Assembly (NCBI GenBank): GCA_035461525.1
Contig: DATHVD010000046.1
Location: 14,636 to 78,635 of the forward strand
DNA from: Gaiellaceae bacterium
Lineage (GTDB): Bacteria > Actinomycetota > Thermoleophilia > Gaiellales > Gaiellaceae
Length of the DNA stretch: 64,000 bases
Direction of reading: 5' to 3'
The notes under the pieces were generated by a model. The model saw nothing but the letters and a program-made list of their open reading frames with translations, was not told the origin of the DNA and ran no database searches. A program made the position numbers and the translations under genes. Positions 46,676 through 56,352 of the stretch are shown piece after piece (within the stretch, counting starts at the first letter, position 1; each line of letters opens with the position of its first letter).

Positions 46676-47694
46676 GCGATCTCCACCACGGCCTTGAGGC
46701 AGTCCGGGTCCGAGCGTACGGCCTCGAGCGCGTCGCCGAAGCGGCCCAGGCCGAAACGGTGCGTGACGATGCCCTCCGTCCGGACACGGCCGCCGCGCAG
46801 GGCGGCGATCGAGCGCGGGAAGCAGTCCACCTGCGCGAACGACCCCCGGATCGTCAGCTCGCGGCGGTAGACGTCGTACGGGCTCACGTCGATCCGGTCC
46901 TCCGGTCGCGTCACCCCGTACTGGAGGATCGTGCCGCCGTCGCGGGCGAGCCGGACGCAGAGCCGGCTCACCGCGGCCGAGCCGGTCGCCTCGACGACCA
47001 CGTCGAAGCCCTCGTCCGCCCGCTCCCGCAGGAGCGCCAGGTTGCGCTCGGGGTCGTCGCGGTCGAGCACGACCGTCTCGTCGATCCCGAAGGCCTCGGC
47101 TCGCTCCAGCTTGAAGCGGGTCGGCGCCCCCACGGTCACGTGCGTGGCGCCGCCGTGGGCGAGGAGCTGGGCGAGCACGAGCCCGCTCGGGCCGGCGCCC
47201 AGGACGAGCGCGTGCGAGCCGGGCCGCACGTCGATCCGGTCGAGCCCGTGGATCGCGCAGGCGGTCGGCTCCACCATGACGGCCGCGTCGTCGGGGAGGT
47301 CACCGATCGGCAGGCACTGGCCGGCGGGCGCGACCATGTGCTCGGCGAATCCCCCGGGGCCGGTGACTCCGAGCGCTTCGAGCCGCCGACAGAGGAGCGG
47401 CCGTCCTTCCTGGCAGAACGAGCAGCGGCCGCAGCCCGAGTTGCCGTTCACGGCCACCCGCTCCCCGACCTCGAGGCCCTCGACGCCTTCGCCGAGCGCG
47501 TCGACGATGCCGAAGGGCTCGTGCCCGGGGACGAGGGGGAAGCGGGCGAAGAAGTCGCCGTCATGGATGTGGACGTCGGTGCCGCAGATCCCCGTCGCGG
47601 CGAGGGCGACGCGCACCTCGCCCGCGGCGGGCTCGGGCAGCGGCGTCTCGCGAACGGAGAAGTCGCGCGGCGCCTCGTAGACGACCGCCTTCAC
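46672..47694 (-). CDS. zinc-dependent medium-chain alcohol/polyol dehydrogenase
   Basis: 340 aa. The catalytic Zn motif is GICGTDVH...G....P...GHE, the structural Zn motif is CGRCSFCQEG and the Rossmann motif is LGAGPSG. Confidence 0.85.
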   Translation of the reverse strand: MKAVVYEAPRDFSVRETPLPEPAAGEVRVALAATGICGTDVHIHDGDFFARFPLVPGHEPFGIVDALGEGVEGLEVGERVAVNGNSGCGRCSFCQEGRPLLCRRLEALGVTGPGGFAEHMVAPAGQCLPIGDLPDDAAVMVEPTACAIHGLDRIDVRPGSHALVLGAGPSGLVLAQLLAHGGATHVTVGAPTRFKLERAEAFGIDETVVLDRDDPERNLALLRERADEGFDVVVEATGSAAVSRLCVRLARDGGTILQYGVTRPEDRIDVSPYDVYRRELTIRGSFAQVDCFPRSIAALRGGRVRTEGIVTHRFGLGRFGDALEAVRSDPDCLKAVVEIA

Positions 47695-47761
47695 CGGGCT
47701 GCGTTGAACCGTTTCAACTGTCTCGGCGGCAGCATGCTACGGCGCCCCGGCTGCTGTCAAC

Positions 47762-48373
47762 TCAGCTCGTGAGCTCGAGGCTCTCGATCATCGCGTCCAG
47801 CACCTCGCGGTTGCGCTCGTAGTCGAAGTCGCCGACGTCGTACGTCGTCGCCACGATCGACTCGTCGCCGACGCCGATCACGTACTGGTACGAGCGCGTC
47901 CCGGGGCCGAGGAGGCCTTCGCCAGTGGACTCGAGCCCGAGCCGCACTGCCGGGTTGCCTCCGAGGTCGAGCTCCTCGCGCTCGACGATCGTGCGCGTCG
48001 GGCTCTCGCCCGTGACCACGTCGAAGGGCGCGGGCTCACGGCTGAAGCCGATGGCGAACTGGATCGCGTCCGTGGCCTCGGGGACGTCGATCGGCTCCGG
48101 GTCGAAGAACGAGCACGGCGGCGCGACGTCGCCCGAGTTCACGTGCCAGTCGGCGGGATAGGAGACCGCGTAGCCCGCCTCCTCGTTCTCGCAGCGCTCC
48201 GTCTCCGTCCTGCCGGCGACGGTCTCGGTCGCGGTCTCGGTCTCTGTGGCCGTCTCGGTCACGACCTCCATCTCGGTCACGGTGTCCGGAGGGGCTGCGG
48301 TCTCCTCGTCGTCGCCGCCGCAGCCCGCGGCGAGGGCGGCCGCGAGGGCGAAGGCGAGCAGGGTGCGTCCCAT
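47762..48373 (-). CDS. lipoprotein of unknown function
   Basis: 203 aa counted from ATG 48373. A lipobox (LAAGC) is followed by an acidic Thr/Glu repeat linker (TETATETETATET). Confidence 0.55.
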   Translation of the reverse strand: MGRTLLAFALAAALAAGCGGDDEETAAPPDTVTEMEVVTETATETETATETVAGRTETERCENEEAGYAVSYPADWHVNSGDVAPPCSFFDPEPIDVPEATDAIQFAIGFSREPAPFDVVTGESPTRTIVEREELDLGGNPAVRLGLESTGEGLLGPGTRSYQYVIGVGDESIVATTYDVGDFDYERNREVLDAMIESLELTS

Positions 48374-48411
48374 CCCCCCGGACGTACCGACCGGGGCGAT
48401 CCCGAAACGTC

Positions 48412-49485
48412 CTACCCGCGGCCGAGCGTCGCGACGAGGCGCTCGCCCGCGAGCGCGTGCGCCGTGCGGCCCTCGCAGCCGGTCATCGTCTCGGCGGCGA
48501 GGAGCGCGTTCAGGATCGCCTCCTCGGTCGCCTCGACGACGGCCTGGAAGAGCGGCGTGATCCAGCAGTTGGAGAGCATGCGGAGGTCCACCTCGCGCGG
48601 GCCTCCCTCCGCGAAGCCGTTCGGCGGCAGGCCGCGGTTGCCGGTGGCGAAGCAGAGGAAGAGGTCGCCGCTGAAGTGCTCCCCCAGGCCGCCGGCGCGC
48701 GCGACGCCCAGCCCGACGCGCTGTGCGAGGCGCTCGCACTGGCCGGGAAGGAGGGGCGCGTCCGTGGCGGCGACCGCGATGATCGAGCCGGCGCCCTCCT
48801 GGTCGAACGCGCCCGGCGACGGCACCTCCCCGACGGGGATCGCCGCCCCGACCGGCACGCCGTTCACGCGCAGCTGCTCACGGCTCCCCTGGTTCGCCTG
48901 GACGAGGACGCCGACGACCCGGCCGCCGGTCTCCTCCACGACCCGCGAGGCCGTGCCGACGCCGCCCTTGAACCCGTGGCAGATCATGCCGGTGCCCCCG
49001 CCCACGTTCCCCTCGGCGACGGGCCCGCCCGAGGCGCGCTCGAGTGCGGCGAAGACGTGCTCCTCGCGGACGTGCCTGCCGTTGACGTCGTTGAGCACGC
49101 CGTCCCACGTCTCGCCCACGACGGGCAGGCTCCAGAAGGGCGTCTCCGGGCCGCGCGCCCGCACCTCGGCCTCGACGAGCGCGTCGCGGACGACGCCGAC
49201 CGAGTGCGTGTTCGTGAGCCCGATCGCCGAGTGGAGCATCCCGGACTCCCGCACCCACTCGAGACCCGTCACCTCCCCGTTTCCGTTCAGCCGGTGCGCG
49301 CCCGCGAAGACGGGGTCGGCCCAGGGCTCGCCCTCGTGCGGGAGGACGACCGTGACGCCCGTGCGGACGCGCTCGCCCTCGACGAGTGTCGTGTGCCCGA
49401 CGCGGACGCCGGCGACGTCCGTGATCGCGTTCAGCTCCCCCGGCGAGAGCGAGCCGATCTCGATGCCGAGCTCCCGCGCCCTCAT
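48412..49485 (-). CDS. DmpA/BapA-type aminopeptidase (peptidase family S58/P1)
   Basis: 357 aa. NAITDV.GV.VGH.T and the self-processing/nucleophile region GGGTGM are present. ATG overlaps the upstream stop (ATGA). Confidence 0.7.
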   Translation of the reverse strand: MRARELGIEIGSLSPGELNAITDVAGVRVGHTTLVEGERVRTGVTVVLPHEGEPWADPVFAGAHRLNGNGEVTGLEWVRESGMLHSAIGLTNTHSVGVVRDALVEAEVRARGPETPFWSLPVVGETWDGVLNDVNGRHVREEHVFAALERASGGPVAEGNVGGGTGMICHGFKGGVGTASRVVEETGGRVVGVLVQANQGSREQLRVNGVPVGAAIPVGEVPSPGAFDQEGAGSIIAVAATDAPLLPGQCERLAQRVGLGVARAGGLGEHFSGDLFLCFATGNRGLPPNGFAEGGPREVDLRMLSNCWITPLFQAVVEATEEAILNALLAAETMTGCEGRTAHALAGERLVATLGRG

Positions 49486-50423
49486 CCCGTCGTGAACTGG
49501 TGGCTCTTGAGCTTGCCCTTCTTGAGCTCGAAGAGCGCGCCGCGGAGGACGCCCTCCGTGTACTCGCTTCCCGGGTTGACGCAGAGCGTGCGCCCGAGCT
49601 CGAACGTCCCCCTGGACTCGTGCAGGTGGCCGTGGAGGCCGAGGATCGGCTGGTGCTCCTCGATCGCCCGGCGGCAGGAGACGCTCCCGACGGGGTGCAT
49701 CTCGACGCCGCCCGCTCCCGCGGTGACCCGGAAGTCCTCGCGGAGCTTGGGCCCGGCGTCGATGCCCGTGTCGTACGGCGGGCAGTGGAAGTTGAAGATC
49801 GCGCGCGCGGGGTCGTCGAGCCCGGCGATCACCGCCTCGAGCCGGCGGCCGAGCTCGTCCTCCTCGACGTCGCGCGGGCACGCCCACGGCGTCATGTTCG
49901 CGTAGCCGCAGCTCGCCACCGGCGTGCCGTCGGGAAGCTCGACGACCCGGCCCTCGAGGAACTGCACCCAGCCCGTCTCCTCGAGCACCGGGTCGATCTC
50001 CGGCGGGTCGTCGTTGCCCGCGTTCACGTAGCACGGGATCCCCTGGGGGCGCAGGCGCTCGTCGGCGAGCTCGACCCACTGCGCGACGCGCTCGACGATG
50101 AGGCGGGTGAAGAGCTCCTCGCGCAGGGCGGGGTCGGCGGCGGCCGCCTGCTCCTCCTCCGGCGTGCACCGCCACGCGTAGTAGCCGGTGTTGGCGATCT
50201 TCTGCACGAGCTCGGCGACCGCCTCGTCGCCCTCGACCTCGAAGGGCTCGCCGAGGAAGCGCCCCCGGTAGCCGCCGTTCGCGGCTACCAGGGGCACGAT
50301 CGCCTTGCCGGTGATGTCGCCGCCGAGCAGGATCGCGTCGGCGTCGTAGAACCCGGCCGCGTTCACGAACTTGCGGAAGCAGCGCTCCGAGCCGTGGACG
50401 TCGGTTGCGTAGAAGAGGCGCAC
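49482..50423 (-). CDS. metallophosphoesterase family protein
   Basis: 313 aa with a GTG start. Calcineurin-like motifs are present: TDVHGS, GGDITGK, AGNDD and HGHLHES. Confidence 0.7.
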   Translation of the reverse strand: MRLFYATDVHGSERCFRKFVNAAGFYDADAILLGGDITGKAIVPLVAANGGYRGRFLGEPFEVEGDEAVAELVQKIANTGYYAWRCTPEEEQAAAADPALREELFTRLIVERVAQWVELADERLRPQGIPCYVNAGNDDPPEIDPVLEETGWVQFLEGRVVELPDGTPVASCGYANMTPWACPRDVEEDELGRRLEAVIAGLDDPARAIFNFHCPPYDTGIDAGPKLREDFRVTAGAGGVEMHPVGSVSCRRAIEEHQPILGLHGHLHESRGTFELGRTLCVNPGSEYTEGVLRGALFELKKGKLKSHQFTTG

Positions 50424-52060
50424 TACTCGGGCGGGATCTCCTTGTAGAGCAAGTCGAGGTCGATGCCGCGGCGGCGCTGCACCGCGCGCGACACGAAGTA
50501 CAGGATCGCACCGACGACGTAGATGCCGACGACGAACAGGATCGCCCGGCCTCCGGTCGGGCCGCTGAACGCCGGCGTCTTGAACGACGCGACGAGGATC
50601 AGCGTGAAGAGCGCGAGGTTGCCGACGCCGAGCAGTGAGATCACCGGGATCCCGCCGATTCGCCGGCGCGCCGTCTCCGGCGCCTGGTTGAAGAGCTCGG
50701 GTCGCCGGTAGGGCAGAAGGATGGCGGCGAAGCTCGTCAGCCAGAACGCGATCGAGAAGATGACGATGTAGTTGACGACGATGGTGAAGAACGTCGTGAA
50801 GACGTAGAGGGCGAGGAGCACGGAGGCGATCGCCACGATCACGATCGCTGCCACCCACGGCGCGTGCGTGCGCTCGCTCACTGTCGCGAGCTTCCGCGGC
50901 ATGACGCCGTCGAACGACCAGGCGAAGAGGTTCCGCGTGCAGATCATCCCGATCACGAAGAGGAGCAGGACGTGCCAGAGGATGAAGCTGACCCCGATGA
51001 TCACGTTCACGATCGTCGAGTCGGTCATGATCCCGGCGAAGAAGTTCAGCACCGGGCTGACCGGGAGCCCCGAGCCCGCGTCCGTCTCGCCGTCGAGGTA
51101 GACGACCGAGTTCGTGAAGTCCTTGCCGACGACCTCGTAGTAGCGCCAGAAGATGAGCATGTAGACGGCGTAGGCGAAGCCGAGCGTGGCGAGGATCATC
51201 CGCGGCTGCGTCTTCGAGGCCTGCTTGACCTCGCCGCCGATGTAGGCGGAGTACGTGAAGCCGATATAGATCCAGTAGCCGAGCGGGATGGCCAGGAGCG
51301 CCCCGATGAAGGTCGCGTCCCCGGCCGTGAAGCCGGCGTCCTGCGCCGCTGCGATGAGGCCGTCGTACGTCTCCCCGTTGGCCCGCTCCGCCATGAAGGC
51401 GTTGAACTTCGCCACGAACTCGTCCTTCGTCGTCGTGAAGAAGACGATCATCGTCACGAAGGTCCCGAGGAGCGCGGGAATGAAGCCGATCAGGAAGATC
51501 CAGCGCAGGATCCGGGTCGAGAGCGAGAGGACGAGGAGCACGGCCGCGAGCAGGATGGCGCCGATCAGGAAGGTCTGCCACTCGCCCGTGACGCTCTCGC
51601 TCCAGTCGATCAGCGTCGAGTTGCCGGTCGCGTTGCCGACGGTCGCGAGCGCGACCGCCAGGCCGAAGTTGACCGTGAACGCCGCGTAGAGCCCGAGGCC
51701 GAGGAACTGCGACCACGTGAAGCCCCAGTTGGCCGTGAAGCCGATGCCCGGGTGGACGATGCGGCTGAGGTAGACGTAGTCGCCGCCCGAGCGCGGCAGG
51801 ATCCCGGCGAGGTAGCCGTACGTGAGCGCGTTGAAGAGCGTGAGCGCCGTCCCGATCGTCACGATCAGGAGAACGTTCTGCTCCGGCCAGAGGCCTGCGG
51901 CGAAGCTGGGGACGACCGCGAGCACGAGCCCGAGCGCGTAGCCCAGCGTGTTGAAGACGAAGACGTCGAGGGCCCTGAACTCGCGGATGAGCCCCGACGA
52001 CTGGCGGACGAAGAGCCCGCGCGCCTCCGTGGGCGCGGACGGGCCGGTCATTTCACCCAT
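50423..52060 (-). CDS. APC-superfamily amino acid/amine permease
   Basis: 545 aa with about 12-13 TM helices. The N-terminal LIREF..LD.F.FN and P.SGG.Y.Y motifs are present. Confidence 0.75.
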   Translation of the reverse strand: MGEMTGPSAPTEARGLFVRQSSGLIREFRALDVFVFNTLGYALGLVLAVVPSFAAGLWPEQNVLLIVTIGTALTLFNALTYGYLAGILPRSGGDYVYLSRIVHPGIGFTANWGFTWSQFLGLGLYAAFTVNFGLAVALATVGNATGNSTLIDWSESVTGEWQTFLIGAILLAAVLLVLSLSTRILRWIFLIGFIPALLGTFVTMIVFFTTTKDEFVAKFNAFMAERANGETYDGLIAAAQDAGFTAGDATFIGALLAIPLGYWIYIGFTYSAYIGGEVKQASKTQPRMILATLGFAYAVYMLIFWRYYEVVGKDFTNSVVYLDGETDAGSGLPVSPVLNFFAGIMTDSTIVNVIIGVSFILWHVLLLFVIGMICTRNLFAWSFDGVMPRKLATVSERTHAPWVAAIVIVAIASVLLALYVFTTFFTIVVNYIVIFSIAFWLTSFAAILLPYRRPELFNQAPETARRRIGGIPVISLLGVGNLALFTLILVASFKTPAFSGPTGGRAILFVVGIYVVGAILYFVSRAVQRRRGIDLDLLYKEIPPE

Positions 52061-52069
52061 GCCTGCCTC

Positions 52070-53446
52070 CTACGGTAGTTCGCTACGGACGGTGTCGCGT
52101 CGCGCGGCGAGCTCCTCCTTCACCTGCCGCTCGACGGCGTCGATCGTGGCGGCCATGCGCTCGATCATGAGGTCGAGATCGGACCGCGTCGTGACGAACG
52201 CGGGGGCGAGGAGCGTCTGGTCGCCGGCCCAGCCGTCGGCGGTTGGCTGGGTTGAGTAGACAATCAGGCCCCGGTCGAGCGCCTCTAGGTCGATCCGCCG
52301 GGCGACCCCGAGGGCCGGATCGAGGAAGGAGGAGCCGTCGCGCGGGTCGACGTACTCGATCCCGAAGAGGAAGCCGCGGCCGCGTACCTCGCGCACGAGG
52401 TCGAAGCCGGCGAGCGCGGCTGCCAGCTCGGCTCGCACGCGCGGCCCCTCTTCGCGCACGCGCTCGACGAGGCCGTGCTCCTCGAGGTACGCGATCACCG
52501 CGAGGCCGACGGCGCAGGGGAGCGGCGCGCCGTCCCATGTGTGCCCGAGGTCGAAGACGCGCGACCCGCCGGCGACCGCGTCGTAGACCTCTTCCCGACA
52601 CAGGACGGCGCCGACGGGCGCGTAGCCCGCCCCGAGCCCCTTCGCCGTCGTGATCACGTCGGGGACGAAGGGGAGCTGCTCGGCCGCGAACCACGTCCCC
52701 GTGCGGCCGAGCCCCGTGACGACCTCGTCAAGAACGACGAGGAAGCCGTGCCTTTCCCGCCGCTCCGCGAGCCCCTCCCAGAACGCCTGCGGCGGGGAGT
52801 AGGCGGGAAGCGCCGCCGCACTGACGGGCTCGCAGAAGAATGCGGCCACCTCCTCGCCGTGTGCCGCGAGGAGCGCGTCGAGCGCCTCGAGCGCCTCCTG
52901 CCCCGTCGGATCCGTGCGCCACGTCGAGGGGGGGACGTGGAGCTGCGGGACGACGTAGGGGTCGAAGTGGCCGGTGAGCGCGGCCCGGCCGGCGAGCCCG
53001 AGCGTGACGGCAGTCGGGCCGTGGTAGGCCTGCGCCGGGGAGACGATGCGCCACCGCGCCGAGTCCCCGCGCTCGACGTGGTAGCTGCGGGCGAGGCGCA
53101 CGGCAGTCTCGTTCGCCTCGGCGCCGCCGGACGTGAAGTGCGATCGCGCGAACCCCGCGGGCGCGAGCGAGACCAGCTTCCCGGCGAGCTCCTCCTGCGC
53201 AGGGCTTGTGAGCTGCTGGTTGTAGAGGAAGGAGATCTCCTCCGCCTGGCGGCGCGCGGCCTCGACGAGCTCCGGCACCCCCGCGCCGAGGCTCGAGACC
53301 ATCGCGCCCCCGCCAACGGCGTCGAGGTACTCGCTTCCGTCCGCGTCGTAGAGCCGGACGCCCTCGCCCCGGACGATCAGCGGGTAGGCGCGGTCGAGCT
53401 CGCGCGGGAAGACCGCCGTCGAGCCGGCGCGGACGAACGCCGTCAC
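52070..53446 (-). CDS. class III (omega/beta-alanine-type) PLP aminotransferase
   Basis: About 458 aa with a GTG start inside ATGTGA. Contains SGGAEANE, YHG, LDEV.TG.GRTG and the TTAKGLG motif (PLP Lys). Confidence 0.8.
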   Translation of the reverse strand: MTAFVRAGSTAVFPRELDRAYPLIVRGEGVRLYDADGSEYLDAVGGGAMVSSLGAGVPELVEAARRQAEEISFLYNQQLTSPAQEELAGKLVSLAPAGFARSHFTSGGAEANETAVRLARSYHVERGDSARWRIVSPAQAYHGPTAVTLGLAGRAALTGHFDPYVVPQLHVPPSTWRTDPTGQEALEALDALLAAHGEEVAAFFCEPVSAAALPAYSPPQAFWEGLAERRERHGFLVVLDEVVTGLGRTGTWFAAEQLPFVPDVITTAKGLGAGYAPVGAVLCREEVYDAVAGGSRVFDLGHTWDGAPLPCAVGLAVIAYLEEHGLVERVREEGPRVRAELAAALAGFDLVREVRGRGFLFGIEYVDPRDGSSFLDPALGVARRIDLEALDRGLIVYSTQPTADGWAGDQTLLAPAFVTTRSDLDLMIERMAATIDAVERQVKEELAARRDTVRSELP

Positions 53447-54780
53447 ATCCCCCCCTCCGCGCCGCACCAGGCGGCGATTGTCCTGGCGTAGAGCTTTGTT
53501 CCGAGGATGAGCTCGTCGATCCCGATCCACTCATCCGGCGCGTGCGCGCGGGCGAGGTCGCCGGGGCCGAAGGCGGGGCTCGGCGTGTCCGCGAAGAGGG
53601 TCAGGAGCGCGCCGTCGTACGTCGTGTCAATGCCGACCGGTCGGACGTCCAGGCCGAGCTCGCGGCCGGCCTCCCGCGCGGCCGCGACGATCGGCGTGGC
53701 CGGGTCGATCTCTGAGGGCGGATAGTCCGTGTACCAGCTCCACGCTGGCGGGTTGGCGGCGAGCCAGCCGTCGGCGGCCGCAGCGTCGGCCACCGTCCGC
53801 TCGATCTCGCCGCGCGGGACCGTGCCGTAGCCCTCGGCGTCCGCGTTCCCCGGCAGGTAGGTCGTGTTGAGCGCGAGTTCGCACTGCTCGGGGACGTTGG
53901 AGATGAAGCTGCCGCCGCGGACGATCGTCGGGTGCACGGCCGGCGTGCCGAGGAGCGGGTGGCGCTTGTCCTCCCGCTCTGCCCACTCGGCCGAGAGCCC
54001 GTTCAGCGCCTGGAGAAGGAGCATCGTCTTCTGGATCGAGTTGACGCCGCCGCCCTCCTCCCACGGCGGCTGGTTCATCTCCGCGTGCGCGGAGCGGCCC
54101 GGCACGGTCAGGGTCCCGTGCAAGAGACCACGCGTCGCGACCCAGAGGTCGTTGCGCGTCGGCTCCGGGACGAGCCCGGCGTCGGCGCGGTAGCCGCGCT
54201 CGATCGCGGCGATCGTGCCCATGGCGCAGGTCTCCTCGTCGGGGACGACCTCGAAGATCACGTCGCCCGCGAGCCCGACCCCGCACGCGCGCAGCGCCTC
54301 GAGGGCGAAGAGCGCCGCGCCGACTCCGCCCTTCATGTCGCAGGCGCCGCGCCCGTAGATGCGCCCGTCGCGCACGTCGGCCGCGAAGGGCGGCGACGTC
54401 CAGCGTGTCTCGTCGCCGGCGCTCACCACGTCGATGTGGCCGTTGACGAGGAGCCAGCGGCCCCCGCCGCCGCCGCGGAAGACGCCGACCGTCAGCGGGC
54501 GGTTCCGCCAGTGGTGCCAGGGCGGCATCATCGGATGTCCCGCGAACAGCTCCGCGTCTGGCTCCCACTGGTCCACCTCGGCGCCGGCGGCCTGCAGGCG
54601 CTCGGCCGCATAGGCCTGGAGCGCCGCCTCCTCGTTCTCCGTGTGCTCCGAGCCGGGCGAGAGGTCGACCGACGTCGTGTCGAAGCGGACCAGGTCGCGG
54701 ACGAGCTCGACGAGGTCGTCCGCGTGCTCGTCCACATACGCGTCGATCGCCTGAGCGTAAAGGACTCGATGCAAGTCCAA
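53443..54780 (-). CDS. M20-family metallo-amidohydrolase (ArgE/DapE/carbamoylase-like)
   Basis: 445 aa. Contains NGHIDVV, RGACDMKGG and PDEE motifs. Confidence 0.8.
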   Translation of the reverse strand: MDLHRVLYAQAIDAYVDEHADDLVELVRDLVRFDTTSVDLSPGSEHTENEEAALQAYAAERLQAAGAEVDQWEPDAELFAGHPMMPPWHHWRNRPLTVGVFRGGGGGRWLLVNGHIDVVSAGDETRWTSPPFAADVRDGRIYGRGACDMKGGVGAALFALEALRACGVGLAGDVIFEVVPDEETCAMGTIAAIERGYRADAGLVPEPTRNDLWVATRGLLHGTLTVPGRSAHAEMNQPPWEEGGGVNSIQKTMLLLQALNGLSAEWAEREDKRHPLLGTPAVHPTIVRGGSFISNVPEQCELALNTTYLPGNADAEGYGTVPRGEIERTVADAAAADGWLAANPPAWSWYTDYPPSEIDPATPIVAAAREAGRELGLDVRPVGIDTTYDGALLTLFADTPSPAFGPGDLARAHAPDEWIGIDELILGTKLYARTIAAWCGAEGGM

Positions 54781-54814
54781 ACGATCCTACGGCCGCCCTC
54801 GACGGGCGGTCAAG

Positions 54815-55540
54815 TCAGAGCGAGGAAAGGAGCGCGCGCGTGCTCGCCTCGGTGTGGCGGACGTGCTCCTGCATGGCCCTGTGCGCGGCGCCGGGCCGGC
54901 CGCGCTCGACGGCGGCGAGGATCGCGGCGTGCTCGCTCGTGCTCCACGCGCGCCAGGCGGCCGAGTCGGGGAGCGCGACGAGGACGTCGGCGAGGGCGAG
55001 GCGCGTGCGCTCGACGGCCTCGACGTAGAAGCGGTTCGCGCTCGCGCGCGCGAGCGCGAGGTGGAAGGCGGAGTCGTGCTCCATGAAGACGTCGTCGTCG
55101 CCGGCGTCGGCGGCCGCCGCACAGGCTTCCGCGGCGGCGGCGAGCGCCTCCTCCGTCCGGACGCCCGCCGCCTCGGCGGCGGCGGCCGGCTCGACGGTCG
55201 CGCGGAAGGCGAGTGCCTCCTCGATGCCCGCGCGCTCGGCGCGGATGCGGTCGAGGGCGGCGGCCAGCGGCCCGTCCACTCCGGCCGGTGCGACGACGAA
55301 CGTTCCGCCGCTCCGGCCCCGCCGCCTCTCCACGAGCCCCTCACGCTCGAGCAGCGAGATCGCCCGCTGCACCGTCGCGCGGCCGACGCCGAAGAGGCTC
55401 GCCAGCTCCCGCTCCGGGGGCAGCGTCCCGCGCGGTCCCACGAGGCGCAGGCCGATCTGCCGGCGCAGCTGCTCGGCGACGTGCTCGTGGGCGCGCAGGT
55501 GTTCGATCGGGCGGAAGCTCTGGTCGGCGGGCGCGCTCAC
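54815..55540 (-). CDS. GntR family (FadR/FCD subfamily) transcriptional regulator
   Basis: 241 aa. The winged HTH is LPPERELASLFGVGRATVQRAISLLEREGLV. An all-helical FCD domain follows. Confidence 0.85.
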   Translation of the reverse strand: MSAPADQSFRPIEHLRAHEHVAEQLRRQIGLRLVGPRGTLPPERELASLFGVGRATVQRAISLLEREGLVERRRGRSGGTFVVAPAGVDGPLAAALDRIRAERAGIEEALAFRATVEPAAAAEAAGVRTEEALAAAAEACAAAADAGDDDVFMEHDSAFHLALARASANRFYVEAVERTRLALADVLVALPDSAAWRAWSTSEHAAILAAVERGRPGAAHRAMQEHVRHTEASTRALLSSL

Positions 55541-56313
55541 AGCCGCACGACGTCGAGGGACCCCGGCAGGTGGCGCAGGTAGTCGACGCGCTCGTCGGCC
55601 GTCCCCGGCGCCCCGACGGGCGCGAGCATGAGCTCCTCGCTGTCATGTGCCGCCTCGGCGAGCACGTTCCCGTCGGCGTCCACCGAGCGGCTGCCGCCGA
55701 CGAAGTGGACGCCGTCCACGGTCCCGACCGCGTTTGCGTAGACGAGCGGCAGCCTGTTCTCGAGCGCCCGGGCACGCGTCCCCACCTCGTGGTCCACGTA
55801 GAAGGGCTCCATGTTCGCGGAGGAGACGACGATGAGCCCGGCACCGCTCACGGCGACGCGGCGCGCGACCTCGGGGAACTCGACGTCGAAGCAGACGAGC
55901 GGCGCGGCCCGCCGACCGGCGAGCTCGACGAGCATGAGCTCGGTGCCGGACGCGAACGCCTCGCGCTCCGCGCCGAAGAGCTGGGTCTTGCGGTAGACCG
56001 CGGCGAGGGAGCCGTCGCGGTCGAAGCAGGCGGCCGAGTTGGCGACGCCGCCTTCGAAGGCCTCGGCAAAGCCGATCACGACCGCGGTGCCCACCTCGCG
56101 GGCGGCGTCGGCCACGCTCCGGAGCTCGGGGGAGTCCGGCGCCCGGGCCGCGTCGACCACGCCCGCGGTCACGTACGCGCTCAGGAAGAGCTCGGGGAAG
56201 ACGGCGAGGTCCGCCTCCGGCCGGCTCCTGATCGCCTCTACGGCCCTGGCCGCGTTCGCCGCCGGGTCGCGCGGTACGGATGCGAGCTGGGCAAGGAGCG
56301 CCTGCACGGCCAC
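55537..56313 (-). CDS. carbon-nitrogen hydrolase (nitrilase superfamily amidase/carbamoylase)
   Basis: 258 aa. The E-K-C triad context is present: VFPELF, YRKTQLF and VCFDVEFPE. Confidence 0.8.
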   Translation of the reverse strand: MAVQALLAQLASVPRDPAANAARAVEAIRSRPEADLAVFPELFLSAYVTAGVVDAARAPDSPELRSVADAAREVGTAVVIGFAEAFEGGVANSAACFDRDGSLAAVYRKTQLFGAEREAFASGTELMLVELAGRRAAPLVCFDVEFPEVARRVAVSGAGLIVVSSANMEPFYVDHEVGTRARALENRLPLVYANAVGTVDGVHFVGGSRSVDADGNVLAEAAHDSEELMLAPVGAPGTADERVDYLRHLPGSLDVVRL

Positions 56314-56352
56314 AGGCTACCGCGGCGGGCCCCGCGGTAGGCTTGCCGGGCC

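Noticed and set aside
48225-48290. Short nucleotide repeats (acc/gag/acg periodicity) inside 47762-48373.
   Set aside because: They encode the TETATETETATET acidic linker of the lipoprotein. This is coding low complexity, not a regulatory or mobile repeat.
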